DNA of 64,000 bases from Candidatus Levyibacteriota bacterium (lineage in GTDB: Bacteria; Patescibacteriota; Microgenomatia; Levybacterales; UBA12049): contig CP066685.1 of the NCBI GenBank assembly GCA_016432345.1, positions 695,740 through 759,739 of the forward strand, read 5' to 3'. Shown in pieces: positions 39,615 through 50,166 of this stretch (positions within the stretch are counted from its first letter, which is position 1; the number at the start of each line of letters is the position of its first letter). The position numbers were made by a program, and so were the translations under genes. The notes beneath the pieces are model-generated. The model worked only from the letters and a program-made list of their open reading frames with translations, was not told where the DNA came from and ran no database searches.

Positions 39615-40398
39615 TTTTCCACCTTAGAGGTGGAATGCTATTGACACCTTGGGTATTTTCGTTTACTCTAGCAATATGCCGGGAAGAAAAACGCCACTGG
39701 TAAATAACGAAATATACCACATCTTTAATAGAGGTGTCGCATCGCAACCAACATTTCTCAATAAAAGAGACTATGACAGAGCTTTAGAAACAATTTTCTA
39801 CTATCAAAATAGCATTCCTCCAATAAAATACTCTCGTTTCCTATCTTTATCTACAGAAGATAGAACTGAGTTATTCGAAAATTTAGCAAAACAGAAAAAT
39901 TTTCTAGTAGAAATCATTTCGTACTGCCTTATGCCTAATCACTTTCATTTTCTGTTGAGACAAATAAAAGATGGTGGTATTGCAAAGTTTATAAGTAACT
40001 TTACAAATAGTTATACCCGCTTTTTCAATACAAAACGAGAAAGAACAGGGCCGCTTTTTACAGGAAAGTTTAAATCTGTAAGGATTGAAACACAAGAACA
40101 ACTTCTCCACGTTTCAAGATATATCCATTTGAATCCATATACTTCTTTTGTTGCAAAAACACTTAAAGACCTTGAAACTTATCCCTATTCTTCTTTTCCA
40201 GAATTCATTAACAAAGTAAAATCAAATTTTTGTACTAAGGACATTGTTTTAGCTAACTACAAAAATATAGAATCTTATAAACAATTCGTTTTTGACCAAG
40301 CAGACTACCAACGATCATTAGGTCTAATAAAACATCTAACCACAGAGAATTAGGTATTACCAGAGGTGGCGTATCTGTTCCACCTCTAAGGTGGAAAA
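39615..40398 (+). mobile_element. RAYT locus bounded by exact inverted 21-bp palindromic REPs
   Basis: TTTTCCACCTTAGAGGTGGAA at 39615-39635 and its reverse complement at 40378-40398. Confidence 0.85.
39676..40353 (+). CDS. REP-associated tyrosine transposase (Y1 HUH)
   Basis: YHIFNRG, YCLMPNHFH (HUH), YIHLNP, YPYSS. Confidence 0.92.
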   Translation: MPGRKTPLVNNEIYHIFNRGVASQPTFLNKRDYDRALETIFYYQNSIPPIKYSRFLSLSTEDRTELFENLAKQKNFLVEIISYCLMPNHFHFLLRQIKDGGIAKFISNFTNSYTRFFNTKRERTGPLFTGKFKSVRIETQEQLLHVSRYIHLNPYTSFVAKTLKDLETYPYSSFPEFINKVKSNFCTKDIVLANYKNIESYKQFVFDQADYQRSLGLIKHLTTEN

Positions 40399-40418
40399 TG
40401 ATAACAGGAGAAACTTAG

Positions 40419-42776
40419 TCAAAGTGTTGACGTCGGTGTTGGAATAGAGGTATTGGTTGGCGTTGGAGTAGGAGTATCTGAAACAACCCGCGTTGATTTT
40501 TCGGTTGGAGGGTGATAAAAAGGATCATCTTTATAATGCTCGTTTATCCATTCATTAATACCATCTTGCCATCTGTTTTTTCCATCACCCGAAAATGGAT
40601 CTTCTTCCGCAAAATTAATAAATTTTTTGGTATCGTACTCGTTATGCGCAATTTCTGAATCGCTGGCAAGCTTATTATTATCTGCTTTGGAAACTTTAAA
40701 CTCCTTATATATTGCTGACGGTCCTTGCGGCTGTGTCCCTTTAATATAATATTCTGCTCTGGTTTTTTGTCCGTCCACTGGTAACCCTCCGCCCAAACTA
40801 TCTATAGTTACTGCTGTTACATTATCTGGTTTATTAAATTCTTCATTTGGTTTATTTTTTAGCGCTTCTAAAATAATTCTCCTCCAAATTGGCGCGGCGC
40901 CTGTTACGCCTGACGCCACATTCCCCATTGGACTGTTGTCGTTATTCCCAACCCAAGTCGCCACCAAAATACTTGGCGTCCATCCAATTGTCCAGTTATC
41001 TCTTTTATCATCAGTTGTTCCTGTTTTTACAGCAATTTCTCGTCCAGTAATATTTAAATAACTGTTTTCTCCAAAAGTAATCAGTCTGGCATTATTATCA
41101 AATAATATATGAGAAACAATAAACGCCACCTCGGAACTTAATACTCTTTTTGGCGATGCTTCCTTATTTTCGTACAAAACTTTTCCTTTTCTATCGGTTA
41201 CTTTAAGAATCGCAATCGGTTCAACATGATACCCGCCATTGGCAAACGCGCTGTATGCCGATGCCAATTCCATCATGTGTACCTCGCCGCCGCCAAGTGT
41301 TATAGACAAACCAAAATGTTTCACATTATCATCTGATGGTTCAAAAGTGGAAATACCCATACTATATGCGGTTGTTAACATATTTTTTACACCAACTTGC
41401 GCTAGCATCTTTACAGCCGGAATATTAAGCGAGGATCCAAGCGCAAAACGCATCTGTACCGGCCCATGAAATTTACCATCGTAATTCTTTGGCTCGTAAT
41501 CTTTTCCTCCCTGATTTGGAAATACTGTTTTTGTATCCATAAGAAGTGTCGATGCGCTAAAACCTTTTAAAAGCGCGGTGGCGTATGTTACAGGTTTTAT
41601 AGAAGAACCTGGTTGTCTTAATGCTTGAGTTACCACATTAAATTGTCCATCAAAAGACACTCTTTTTAAAGTTCCCGACTCTGTGGCAAAGAAATCTTTA
41701 CTCCCCACCATTGCTAAAATTTCTCCATTCTTAGGATTTATCACAATGCTTGCTCCGTTACCAACCTTAAGAGAAGCCGCAGCATCAACTTCTTCTTTTA
41801 CAATCTCTTCTGCTTTTTGTTGTAGTTTATAATCAATGGTTGTTGTTACCTGTAAACCCCCTTGTTCAACCATATTTTCTCCAAATTTTTTAATAAGTAG
41901 ATCTTTTACATAAAAAGAAAAATGCGGCGCTTTTATAGATTGACTTTTAGATAAAAATTCAACTTTGTCTAAAGATTTTACCGCTTCTTTTTCTTGTTTT
42001 TCTGTAATATAGCCATCCTCCTGCATTCGCCGCAAGACGTCTTTTGTACGATTAATATATGCTTTTTTATTTAACCCATAAGGAGAATAATAAGAAGGAA
42101 GCTGGGGAAACCCAGCTAAAATTGCCGATTCTGCAAGAGTTAAATCTTTGGCTTTTTTGCCAAAATACCCCTCACTTGCCGCCTCAACACCAACCATAGT
42201 TCCTCCATATGGCGCGATATTAAGATAAAGTTCCAGAATCTGATCTTTTTTATACTTTTTATCTACTTGAATTGCTAAAATAAGCTCTTTTATTTTTCGA
42301 GGCAAAGAACGCTCTGATGTTAAAAGCGTATTTTTTACCAACTGCTGCGTCAGTGTTGATCCTCCGGTAACGCGGCGAAATAAAAGCGCATCACGAAAAA
42401 CCCGCAAGTATGCCATGGGAGAAAATCCTTGATTTGTGTAAAAATCTTTGTCTTCAATGGCAATTGTTGCGAGTTTTATACTTTTAGGAATATCTTTTAA
42501 TTCCACATACGTTCTATTTTGATCTTCAAAAATATCGTATAGTAAAACCTCATTTCTGTCGAAAATCTTTGTTGATTGCGACAAGTTGCTGGCTGACAAC
42601 TTGCCAGGAGTTGGCAAATCGCGGCCATACCAGAAAAAAAGCGCTATCACAAATAAAACAAGTCCAATTGTCCCAAAAAAAACCAGTTTCACCAAACCGC
42701 TAATTAACAAAAGGTTTTTAGATCTATAAACTCGATCGCGTCTTCGACTTCTAAATCCTAACATGATTATACGCAT
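40419..42776 (-). CDS. class A penicillin-binding protein
   Basis: IEDxxF, GGSTLTQQLVKN, RKIKE, GSSIKP, SLN, KTGT. Confidence 0.95.
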   Translation of the reverse strand: MRIIMLGFRSRRRDRVYRSKNLLLISGLVKLVFFGTIGLVLFVIALFFWYGRDLPTPGKLSASNLSQSTKIFDRNEVLLYDIFEDQNRTYVELKDIPKSIKLATIAIEDKDFYTNQGFSPMAYLRVFRDALLFRRVTGGSTLTQQLVKNTLLTSERSLPRKIKELILAIQVDKKYKKDQILELYLNIAPYGGTMVGVEAASEGYFGKKAKDLTLAESAILAGFPQLPSYYSPYGLNKKAYINRTKDVLRRMQEDGYITEKQEKEAVKSLDKVEFLSKSQSIKAPHFSFYVKDLLIKKFGENMVEQGGLQVTTTIDYKLQQKAEEIVKEEVDAAASLKVGNGASIVINPKNGEILAMVGSKDFFATESGTLKRVSFDGQFNVVTQALRQPGSSIKPVTYATALLKGFSASTLLMDTKTVFPNQGGKDYEPKNYDGKFHGPVQMRFALGSSLNIPAVKMLAQVGVKNMLTTAYSMGISTFEPSDDNVKHFGLSITLGGGEVHMMELASAYSAFANGGYHVEPIAILKVTDRKGKVLYENKEASPKRVLSSEVAFIVSHILFDNNARLITFGENSYLNITGREIAVKTGTTDDKRDNWTIGWTPSILVATWVGNNDNSPMGNVASGVTGAAPIWRRIILEALKNKPNEEFNKPDNVTAVTIDSLGGGLPVDGQKTRAEYYIKGTQPQGPSAIYKEFKVSKADNNKLASDSEIAHNEYDTKKFINFAEEDPFSGDGKNRWQDGINEWINEHYKDDPFYHPPTEKSTRVVSDTPTPTPTNTSIPTPTSTL

Positions 42777-42815
42777 AGTATAGCAAATTTCAGTTTTTCT
42801 TGTTATACTTTAGGC

Positions 42816-43988
42816 ATGGATGCAATCACGGAATTATTAACGCGAGGCGTTGATACCATCTATCCCGATAAGGTTGAACTCGAAAAAGTGCTTCGAGAAG
42901 GGCAAAAACTACGAGTCTACCAGGGATTCGACCCAACTTCCCCACAGTTTCATATTGGACATATGGTAGGACTACGTAAACTTTCTCAATGGCAAAATTT
43001 GGGACATGAAGTAATCTTTCTTATTGGAGATTTTACCGCTATGACAGGCGACCCAACAGGAAAAGATAAAACCCGAATTCCTTTAACTCGAGAGCAGGTT
43101 TTAGAAAATGCAAAAACATACAAAGAACAGGCATCGAAAATTCTTAATTTTAGTGGAAAAAATCCAACCGTTATCAAATATAACAGCGATTGGCTGGCAA
43201 AAATGTCTGTATTGGAATTTGCAAATTTAGCTTATCATTTATCTCTTAACCAGATAATAAAAAGAGATATGTTTCAAAAAAGAATTGCGAATAATATGGA
43301 TATCTCTATGACAGAAATTTTTTATCCGCTTATGCAAGGATACGACTCTGTTGCGATGAATGTTGATGTGGAAGTCGGAGGAAGTGATCAAATGTTTAAC
43401 ATGATGACAGGACGCGACCTTATGCATAAAATAAAAAGAAAAAACAAATTCGTTATGACTACACCTCTTCTCACAGATTCACAAGGAGTAAAAATAGGTA
43501 AAACCGAAGGCAATTCGATTGCTCTTACCGACAAACCCGAAGATTTGTTTGGGAAAATAATGACACTCCCAGATGATGTTATGCAAAAGGGCTTTGAATA
43601 TCTTACCGACGTGCCAATGGATGAAATTAATTCAATGAACAATGATTTTATGAAAAATAAAAAAAGGCTGGCATATGAAATTGTTAAACAACTTAATAAT
43701 GAAAGCGCGGCAAAAGAGGCCGAAAGATATTTTGAAAAAACAGTTCAGAAAAAAGAAATACCAAGCGATATCAAGGAATTTTCGTGGTCTACCGGAAAGT
43801 CTTTGGTAGATTTTCTTACTGAATCAAAACTCGCAACAAGCAAAACTGATGCCAAACGCTTAATCGAACAAGGCGGAGTGGCAATTGATGAAGAAATAAT
43901 AACCGATTCCAACGCGCCGTTTTCGGGAACAGATGACTCTATCGTACGAGTTGGAAAAAGAAAATTTATTAGAGTCTCTATAAAGTAA
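42816..43988 (+). CDS. tyrS: tyrosyl-tRNA synthetase
   Basis: GFDPT, HIGH, YPLMQGYD, KIGKT, S4 domain. Confidence 0.96.
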   Translation: MDAITELLTRGVDTIYPDKVELEKVLREGQKLRVYQGFDPTSPQFHIGHMVGLRKLSQWQNLGHEVIFLIGDFTAMTGDPTGKDKTRIPLTREQVLENAKTYKEQASKILNFSGKNPTVIKYNSDWLAKMSVLEFANLAYHLSLNQIIKRDMFQKRIANNMDISMTEIFYPLMQGYDSVAMNVDVEVGGSDQMFNMMTGRDLMHKIKRKNKFVMTTPLLTDSQGVKIGKTEGNSIALTDKPEDLFGKIMTLPDDVMQKGFEYLTDVPMDEINSMNNDFMKNKKRLAYEIVKQLNNESAAKEAERYFEKTVQKKEIPSDIKEFSWSTGKSLVDFLTESKLATSKTDAKRLIEQGGVAIDEEIITDSNAPFSGTDDSIVRVGKRKFIRVSIK

Positions 43989-43989
43989 C

Positions 43990-45507
43990 ATGCAAAATAA
44001 ATACGCTTTAATTAGTGTTTTTGATAAAACTGGAATTGCCGATTTTGCAAAACAAATTGTAAATTTTGGATACAAAATTATTTCAACTGGCGGTACTGCA
44101 AAAACCCTCCAAGAAAATGGAGTACAAATTATCCCCATTCAAGATATAACAGGCAGCCCCGAAAGCTTTGACGGCAGAATGAAAACAATTAGTTTTCAAA
44201 TTGAGTCTGGAATTTTATTCGATCGGTCAAATTTAAAACACGTTAAGCAAGCTGAAGCACTAAAAATAAAACCGATTGACCTTGTTATCTGTAATCTCTA
44301 TCCATTTGAAAAAGAGCAAACAATCGAAAATATTGACGTGGGCGGCCCGACTATGATTAGGGCAGCAGCTAAGAATTTTAAAAACGTAATTGTTGCCGTT
44401 GATCCTAATGATTATGAAAAAGTTGCAAATGAACTCAAAAAACCCACGCCTGAATTAAGAAAAAAACTTGCCGCCAAAGCGTTTGCGCATTTATCTCTTT
44501 ATGACAGTCAAATTGCAAAATATCTCACATCTGAACTTTTTCCGAATGAAGTTACTATTCCAGGTAGAAAAGCAAAAGACCTTCGCTATGGAGAAAACCC
44601 TCATCAACAAGCAAGCCTTTATTTTTTTCCAAATACCAATTCTCCACTCAAAAAACTAGAACGACTATGGGGCAGAGAACTATCCCTGCTAAATGTTACC
44701 GATATAAACGCAGGTCTGGCATCAGTAAAAATGTTTAACGAACCCGCAGCAGCTGTAATAAAGCATAACAACCCATGCGGTATTGCTCTTGGCAAAAATG
44801 CAGCCGAAGCCCTAAAGCTGGCAATTGCAGCAGATCCCGAATCTGCCTTCGGCGGAGTTATGGTATTAAACAAGCCAATCAATACAGCAACTGCAAGCGT
44901 TATCACAATGTTTAAAGATGAAAAAAAAAGTAATGTAGATATACTAGCAGCGCCAGAAATAGATAAAGAAGCCTTTGCTGTTCTATCGAAACTTCGAAAA
45001 AGTATGGGAATTTATGTATTTGGCGCTATACCAAAAATAACAGATCCAATGGATATCAAACATATCGAAGGCGGTTTTATTCTCCAAACCGCAGATGATG
45101 TTTTGAATGGATTTTCTGGTTGGGAAGTAGTTACGCAGAAAAAACCAACCGAGCAACAACTACAGCAAATGCAGATTGCCTGGAAATTTATTACTAGAAT
45201 TAAATCAAATGCTGTCATTGTTGTTGACAAAGATTTGCCAATGACACGAGGCATTGGCACAGGCCAAACATCAAGAGTTAGAGCAGTAAAAATTGCGCTT
45301 GAACAGGCAGGGGATCATATCAAAAATGCAATACTTGCCAGCGACAGCTTTTTCCCATTTGGCGACTCTGTGGCACTTGCGGCAAACAAGGGTATTTCAG
45401 CAATAGTCCAACAAGGCGGATCAATCAATGACCAATCATCCATTGATGCGGCAAACAAAGCAGGAATTGCGATGGTCTTTACCCACCGCCGCGCGTTTTG
45501 GCACTAA
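43990..45507 (+). CDS. purH: AICAR transformylase/IMP cyclohydrolase
   Basis: STGGT, IDVGGPT, RYGENPHQ, KHNNPCG, SDSFFPF. Confidence 0.95.
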   Translation: MQNKYALISVFDKTGIADFAKQIVNFGYKIISTGGTAKTLQENGVQIIPIQDITGSPESFDGRMKTISFQIESGILFDRSNLKHVKQAEALKIKPIDLVICNLYPFEKEQTIENIDVGGPTMIRAAAKNFKNVIVAVDPNDYEKVANELKKPTPELRKKLAAKAFAHLSLYDSQIAKYLTSELFPNEVTIPGRKAKDLRYGENPHQQASLYFFPNTNSPLKKLERLWGRELSLLNVTDINAGLASVKMFNEPAAAVIKHNNPCGIALGKNAAEALKLAIAADPESAFGGVMVLNKPINTATASVITMFKDEKKSNVDILAAPEIDKEAFAVLSKLRKSMGIYVFGAIPKITDPMDIKHIEGGFILQTADDVLNGFSGWEVVTQKKPTEQQLQQMQIAWKFITRIKSNAVIVVDKDLPMTRGIGTGQTSRVRAVKIALEQAGDHIKNAILASDSFFPFGDSVALAANKGISAIVQQGGSINDQSSIDAANKAGIAMVFTHRRAFWH

Positions 45508-45526
45508 AATATGGTATTATAGATAT

Positions 45527-45628
45527 ATGGACACATTTCGAAAACACCAGTGGATTTGGAAAATAATCGTTGTTGTTTCTTCTTTGGCGCTTATCGCAAC
45601 ATCTGTGCTTCCTTTCCTACCGCGTTAA
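45527..45628 (+). CDS. 33-aa single-TM small protein
   Basis: MDTFRKHQWIWKIIVVVSSLALIATSVLPFLPR; TGGTATTAT 6 nt before ATG. Confidence 0.6.
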   Translation: MDTFRKHQWIWKIIVVVSSLALIATSVLPFLPR

Positions 45629-45634
45629 TACCGT

Positions 45635-47653
45635 ATGAATCTTAAAACGCCAATTGCCAATGCGGATAGACCGTATAAAATGTATGCCTCGCGCCTGGAA
45701 AAGCTGGGCATAATAAAACTAGAAGATTTCTTATATCATGTTCCGTCCCGCTACGAAGACTATTCTATTATTTCTTCTATACGACATTTGCAAGCTGGAG
45801 AAATTGTTACTATTCAAGGAACTGTTGCTGCAATAGAAAACGAGTACGCTAAAAACTATAAAAAATTACAAAAAGCAACAATAGAAGATAACAGCGGAAC
45901 AATAGATGTTGTTTGGTTTAATCAACAATACATTACTAAAATTATCAAAAAAGGGACAAAAGTTTCTTTGTCGGGCAAAGTTGATTGGTTCTCCCGTAAA
46001 TTAACTATTGCTTCGCCAGAATACGAAATTATGTACGATAATTCAGAACCAATTCATACTGGCAGAATTGTGCCGATTTATCCAGAAACAAGAGGTGTTT
46101 CTTCCAAGTGGCTGCGCCGCCAAGTATATAAAATTCTACAAGAACAAAATGTACTCGAGTACATTCCTGATTCAATTATTATAAATAATTCTCTTACCAA
46201 CATTACAGATGCAATACAACAAATACATTTTCCCAAAAATATAGAAAATGCAAAAAGAGCCAAAGACCGTTTGGCATTTGACGAACTCTTTTTGCTGCAG
46301 CTTGCATCTTTACAAAGAAGAAACGCTTGGGAAAAACAACTTGTTGGACATCCGTTTTCTATTTCCACATTTCAAAAACAAATAGGGGAGTTTTGGAAAA
46401 GACTGCCATTTACACTAACTGACGCCCAAAAAAGAGCAGTCAAAGATATTTTTGCCGACCTTGCTTCAAAAAAACCAATGAACAGACTACTAGAGGGAGA
46501 CGTAGGAAGCGGAAAGACAGTTGTTTCTGCAATTGCTATGTATGTTGCATATCTTAATGGCTTTCAATCAGTTCTTATGGCGCCAACAGAGATACTCGCA
46601 CAACAACATTTGGCAACGATCTCTAATCTTTTATCTTCATTGGGAGTCAAGGTTGACCTCGTAACAAGCAGCAAAAAGCCGCGAGCCACACGCGCATTTG
46701 ATATTCTTGTTGGCACTCATGCTATTCTTTCGGATAAGATTAATTTAGATAAATTAGGTCTGGTGGTGATTGACGAACAACAGCGGTTTGGTGTTGAGCA
46801 ACGAAGCATTATTCGGCAAAAAGGCAAAAACCCGCATGTCTTAACAATGACAGCAACTCCAATCCCGCGAACTGTGGCATTAACACTCTATGGAGATTTA
46901 GATTTATCTTATCTTGACGAAATGCCAAAAGGCAGACAAAAAATAAAAACCTGGCTTGTCCCTCCACAAAAACGAGAAAACGCTTACAAATGGATAAATA
47001 AGCAAATTCAAGAAAATAGGGATCAAGTTTTTATTATTTGTCCATTTATTGAACAGTCGGAAAGCATGCAAACCGTTAAAGCAGCGGCAATTGAATTTGA
47101 GCGCCTGCAAAAAGAAGTTTTCCCAAACTTAAAAATTGGCTTGCTTCATGGCAAACTAAAATCCAAAGAAAAAGACGAAGTGCTGCGGCAATTTAAAGAG
47201 AAAAAATTTGATATACTCGTTGCTACACCAGTAGTTGAAGTAGGTATAGATATCCAAAACGCCACCATTATGCTTATTGAAGCATCCGAACGTTTTGGAC
47301 TAGCACAGCTTCATCAACTGCGAGGTCGGGTAGGCAGGGGAGACAAACAATCATATTGTTTACTATTTACAGAATCAAAAAGCCCACAAACTCTGGAAAG
47401 ACTAAAAGCCTTAGAAACCATGCATGTCGGAGCAGAACTTGCAGAACTGGACTTACGCCTTCGCGGGCCTGGAGAAATGTATGGCACCATGCAGCACGGC
47501 GCAAAACAACTTAAAGTTGCTTCATTTTCTGATTTTCCACTGATCGAAAAAACAAGAAGAGCGACAGAAAGTATTTTTCCAAAACTTTCTCAATATCCAA
47601 ATCTGCAAGAAAAATTACATAGTATAATTATTCAAGAAGTCTCTCCAGATTAA
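45635..47653 (+). CDS. recG: ATP-dependent DNA helicase RecG
   Basis: GDVGSGKT, DEQQRFG, TATPIPR, QLRGRVGR. Confidence 0.96.
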   Translation: MNLKTPIANADRPYKMYASRLEKLGIIKLEDFLYHVPSRYEDYSIISSIRHLQAGEIVTIQGTVAAIENEYAKNYKKLQKATIEDNSGTIDVVWFNQQYITKIIKKGTKVSLSGKVDWFSRKLTIASPEYEIMYDNSEPIHTGRIVPIYPETRGVSSKWLRRQVYKILQEQNVLEYIPDSIIINNSLTNITDAIQQIHFPKNIENAKRAKDRLAFDELFLLQLASLQRRNAWEKQLVGHPFSISTFQKQIGEFWKRLPFTLTDAQKRAVKDIFADLASKKPMNRLLEGDVGSGKTVVSAIAMYVAYLNGFQSVLMAPTEILAQQHLATISNLLSSLGVKVDLVTSSKKPRATRAFDILVGTHAILSDKINLDKLGLVVIDEQQRFGVEQRSIIRQKGKNPHVLTMTATPIPRTVALTLYGDLDLSYLDEMPKGRQKIKTWLVPPQKRENAYKWINKQIQENRDQVFIICPFIEQSESMQTVKAAAIEFERLQKEVFPNLKIGLLHGKLKSKEKDEVLRQFKEKKFDILVATPVVEVGIDIQNATIMLIEASERFGLAQLHQLRGRVGRGDKQSYCLLFTESKSPQTLERLKALETMHVGAELAELDLRLRGPGEMYGTMQHGAKQLKVASFSDFPLIEKTRRATESIFPKLSQYPNLQEKLHSIIIQEVSPD

Positions 47654-47696
47654 AATAACCTTGCGGTTAAAGAAAAAACAAGATATAATACAACGT

Positions 47697-47900
47697 ATGC
47701 CGCAGGAGCCAAAAAAACGCCATTCAAGACAAAGACAAGGAAAAAGAAGAGCAAGTATTCATTTACAAATACCAAAAGGCGCAGCGTGCGCAAATTGCAG
47801 TAACATTACATTGCCTCATACCGTATGTAAACAATGCGGATACTATGATGGACGACAAGTTTTGGCAATAAAAAAGAATAAAAATGAAAACCGCTCTTGA
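47697..47900 (+). CDS. rpmF: 50S ribosomal protein L32
   Basis: PKKRHS, CxxC..H.VCxxCGYY. Confidence 0.93.
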   Translation: MPQEPKKRHSRQRQGKRRASIHLQIPKGAACANCSNITLPHTVCKQCGYYDGRQVLAIKKNKNENRS

Positions 47901-48240
47901 TCCCCGTCATAAAACGCGGCAAAAACTTATCGAAGAATTGTTTGCGATGGATTTTAATAATCAAAAATCATCAGAAAAGACCAAAAGTATATTTTCTCAA
48001 AAACAAGAAATAGATGCGGTGATTCAAAAAGCCGCAACAGAATTTCCCATAGATAAAATCAATAAAATTGATCTGGCAATCTTGCGGTTGGCTGTCTATG
48101 AATTATTACTCGAAAAAACCCAGCCCAAAAAAGTTATTATTGACGAAGCAATAGAACTGGCCAAAGAATACGGCGGGGATTTAAGCCCGAGTTTTATTAA
48201 CGGCGCTTTAGGCAAAATTATTTCTTATGCAGCTTCCTAA
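47884..48240 (+). CDS. nusB: transcription antitermination factor NusB
   Basis: [23 protein letters not shown]. Confidence 0.92.
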   Translation: MKTALDPRHKTRQKLIEELFAMDFNNQKSSEKTKSIFSQKQEIDAVIQKAATEFPIDKINKIDLAILRLAVYELLLEKTQPKKVIIDEAIELAKEYGGDLSPSFINGALGKIISYAAS

Positions 48241-48889
48241 ATTTAATAATAAACAATTATTACAACAGGCGTTTACTCATCGCTCGTATCTTAACGAAAC
48301 AAGAGAAAATATAGAGTCTAATGAACGCCTTGAATTTTTAGGCGACAGCATTTTATCTTTTGTCGTTTCCAACTATTTATATGAAACATATCCCAAGTTT
48401 GATGAAGGAACGCTTACCAACTTGCGCTCTTTGCTGGTCAATACCAAAAGCTTAGCCGAAAGCGCAAGACAGCTTAAATTTGGAGATATGCTACGGCTTT
48501 CTAAAGGCGAGGAAGAATCAAAAGGACGACAAAACCAAAGTCTTTTAGCAGATTGTTTTGAAGCATACATCGGGGCGCTATTTTTAGACCAAGGACTTGA
48601 AGCTGTAAATACGTTTATTTTGCAAACTATTTTGGAGAAGATAAAAGATATTATTACCAAAAAATCATTAAAAGATCCCAAAAGCTTGCTGCAGGAATAT
48701 GTTCAATCTCAAAAACAAAAATCTCCGGTGTATAAAGTAATAAATGAAGAAGGTCCTGCCCACGCCAAAACATTTACGGTAGGAGCATATATAGATAATA
48801 TTTTACAAGGAAAAGGTATTGGCAAATCCAAACAGCAAGCAGAAGAATACGCAGCTAACGTAGCACTTGAGAAGCTGCAGAAAAAATGA
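48227..48889 (+). CDS. rnc: ribonuclease III
   Basis: ERLEFLGDS, dsRNA-binding domain. Confidence 0.96.
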   Translation: MQLPKFNNKQLLQQAFTHRSYLNETRENIESNERLEFLGDSILSFVVSNYLYETYPKFDEGTLTNLRSLLVNTKSLAESARQLKFGDMLRLSKGEEESKGRQNQSLLADCFEAYIGALFLDQGLEAVNTFILQTILEKIKDIITKKSLKDPKSLLQEYVQSQKQKSPVYKVINEEGPAHAKTFTVGAYIDNILQGKGIGKSKQQAEEYAANVALEKLQKK

Positions 48890-48900
48890 TAAAATAACAA

Positions 48901-48973
48901 TTAGCGTATAGATACTAGCATCTAGCGTTTAGTTAAAAAAACTATACGCTAATTTACTAGACGCTAAACGCTG
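48901..48973 (+). repeat. TAGCGTA/TACGCTA inverted heptamer element, copy 2
   Basis: Same architecture as 37569-37643. Confidence 0.75.
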
Positions 48974-48977
48974 TATT

Positions 48978-49208
48978 ATGAGTGTTGTTATTCGGCTAAC
49001 ACAAATGGGTAAAAAAGGCGAGCGAAAGTTTCGTGTTGTGGTAAAAGAAAAACGAAGCCGCAGGGACGGCAAACCAGTAGAATCTTTAGGCTGGTACGAA
49101 AAACGAACAGATAAGGTAATAAAAAATATAGATCGGGAGCGTTTTGAGTATTGGCTGCAAAAGGGAGCCAAACCAACCGCCACAGTTACCAAACTTTTGA
49201 CTGTATGA
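48978..49208 (+). CDS. rpsP: 30S ribosomal protein S16
   Basis: IRLxxxGKK, RDG, WLxxGAxPT. Confidence 0.94.
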   Translation: MSVVIRLTQMGKKGERKFRVVVKEKRSRRDGKPVESLGWYEKRTDKVIKNIDRERFEYWLQKGAKPTATVTKLLTV

Positions 49209-49444
49209 AAAAGGCTTTACAATATATTGTTTCTTCAATTGTTGATAATCCAAAAGACGCAAAAATAGCAGAGCAGAAACAGGATGAAATGACACAACTT
49301 ATTATAACAGTAAATCCAGAAGATATGGGTAAGATAATAGGTAAAGAAGGTAAAGTTATCCGAAGCATCCGAAATGTCATGAAAATTTTAGCCATGAAAC
49401 ACAACGAAAAAATAAATATTTCATTAAGCGAAACCCCTCAATGA
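49205..49444 (+). CDS. khpA: KH-domain RNA-binding protein
   Basis: DMGKIIGKEG; between rpsP and trmD. Confidence 0.85.
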   Translation: MKKALQYIVSSIVDNPKDAKIAEQKQDEMTQLIITVNPEDMGKIIGKEGKVIRSIRNVMKILAMKHNEKINISLSETPQ

Positions 49445-50166
49445 AAATCTCCATTCTAACGCTTTTCCCCGAAATGTTTGGGGGCGCTTTTGATCATTCA
49501 ATCATAAAAAAAGCGCAAGAAAAAAAAATTCTTAGTATTTCGTACGTTAACATCCGCGATTTTGGTATCGGCAAACACCGCATCGTTGATGACACACCCT
49601 ATGGCGGGGGAGCAGGCATGGTGATTAGAGTAGATGTGATTGCAAACGCTCTCGCACACGCCACACGCCACACGCCACACGCCACACGCCGAATTCTTCT
49701 TGATCCGCAGGGAGAAAAATTCACTCAAAAAAAAGCGCAAGAATTATCAAAATACGATCATCTGATCTTAATTTGCGGCCGCTACGAGGGAGTGGACGAA
49801 CGGGTGCGAAAATTTGTTGACGAGGAAATTTCGATCGGCGACTATGTCTTAACAGGCGGAGAAATTCCCGCCATGGTTATTACTGATGCTGTTTGTAGAT
49901 TGCTGCCAGATGTAATTAAAGAAGAATCGCCAAAAAACGAATCTTTTTCCAACCATACGCTAGACGCTAAACGCTATACGCTATTAGAGTACTCCCAATA
50001 CACCCGTCCGCCGATTTTTAATGGCAAAAAAGTTCCAATTATTCTTACCAAAGGAGATCATCAAAAAATAGCAGGGTGGAGAAATCAAGAAGCGCTAAAA
50101 AAAACAAAAAAGAAAAGGCCGGATTTATTGCAGCTTGAAAGCGGCAAGTTGATTCAAAAGCGATAA
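49441..50166 (+). CDS. trmD: tRNA (guanine37-N1)-methyltransferase
   Basis: DDTPYGGGAGM, CGRYEGVDER, SIGDYVLTGGE, YTRP. Confidence 0.96.
   Translation: MKISILTLFPEMFGGAFDHSIIKKAQEKKILSISYVNIRDFGIGKHRIVDDTPYGGGAGMVIRVDVIANALAHATRHTPHATRRILLDPQGEKFTQKKAQELSKYDHLILICGRYEGVDERVRKFVDEEISIGDYVLTGGEIPAMVITDAVCRLLPDVIKEESPKNESFSNHTLDAKRYTLLEYSQYTRPPIFNGKKVPIILTKGDHQKIAGWRNQEALKKTKKKRPDLLQLESGKLIQKR
49655..49689 (+). repeat. (CACACGC)5 tandem heptamer inside trmD
   Basis: Five perfect copies. Confidence 0.92.
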
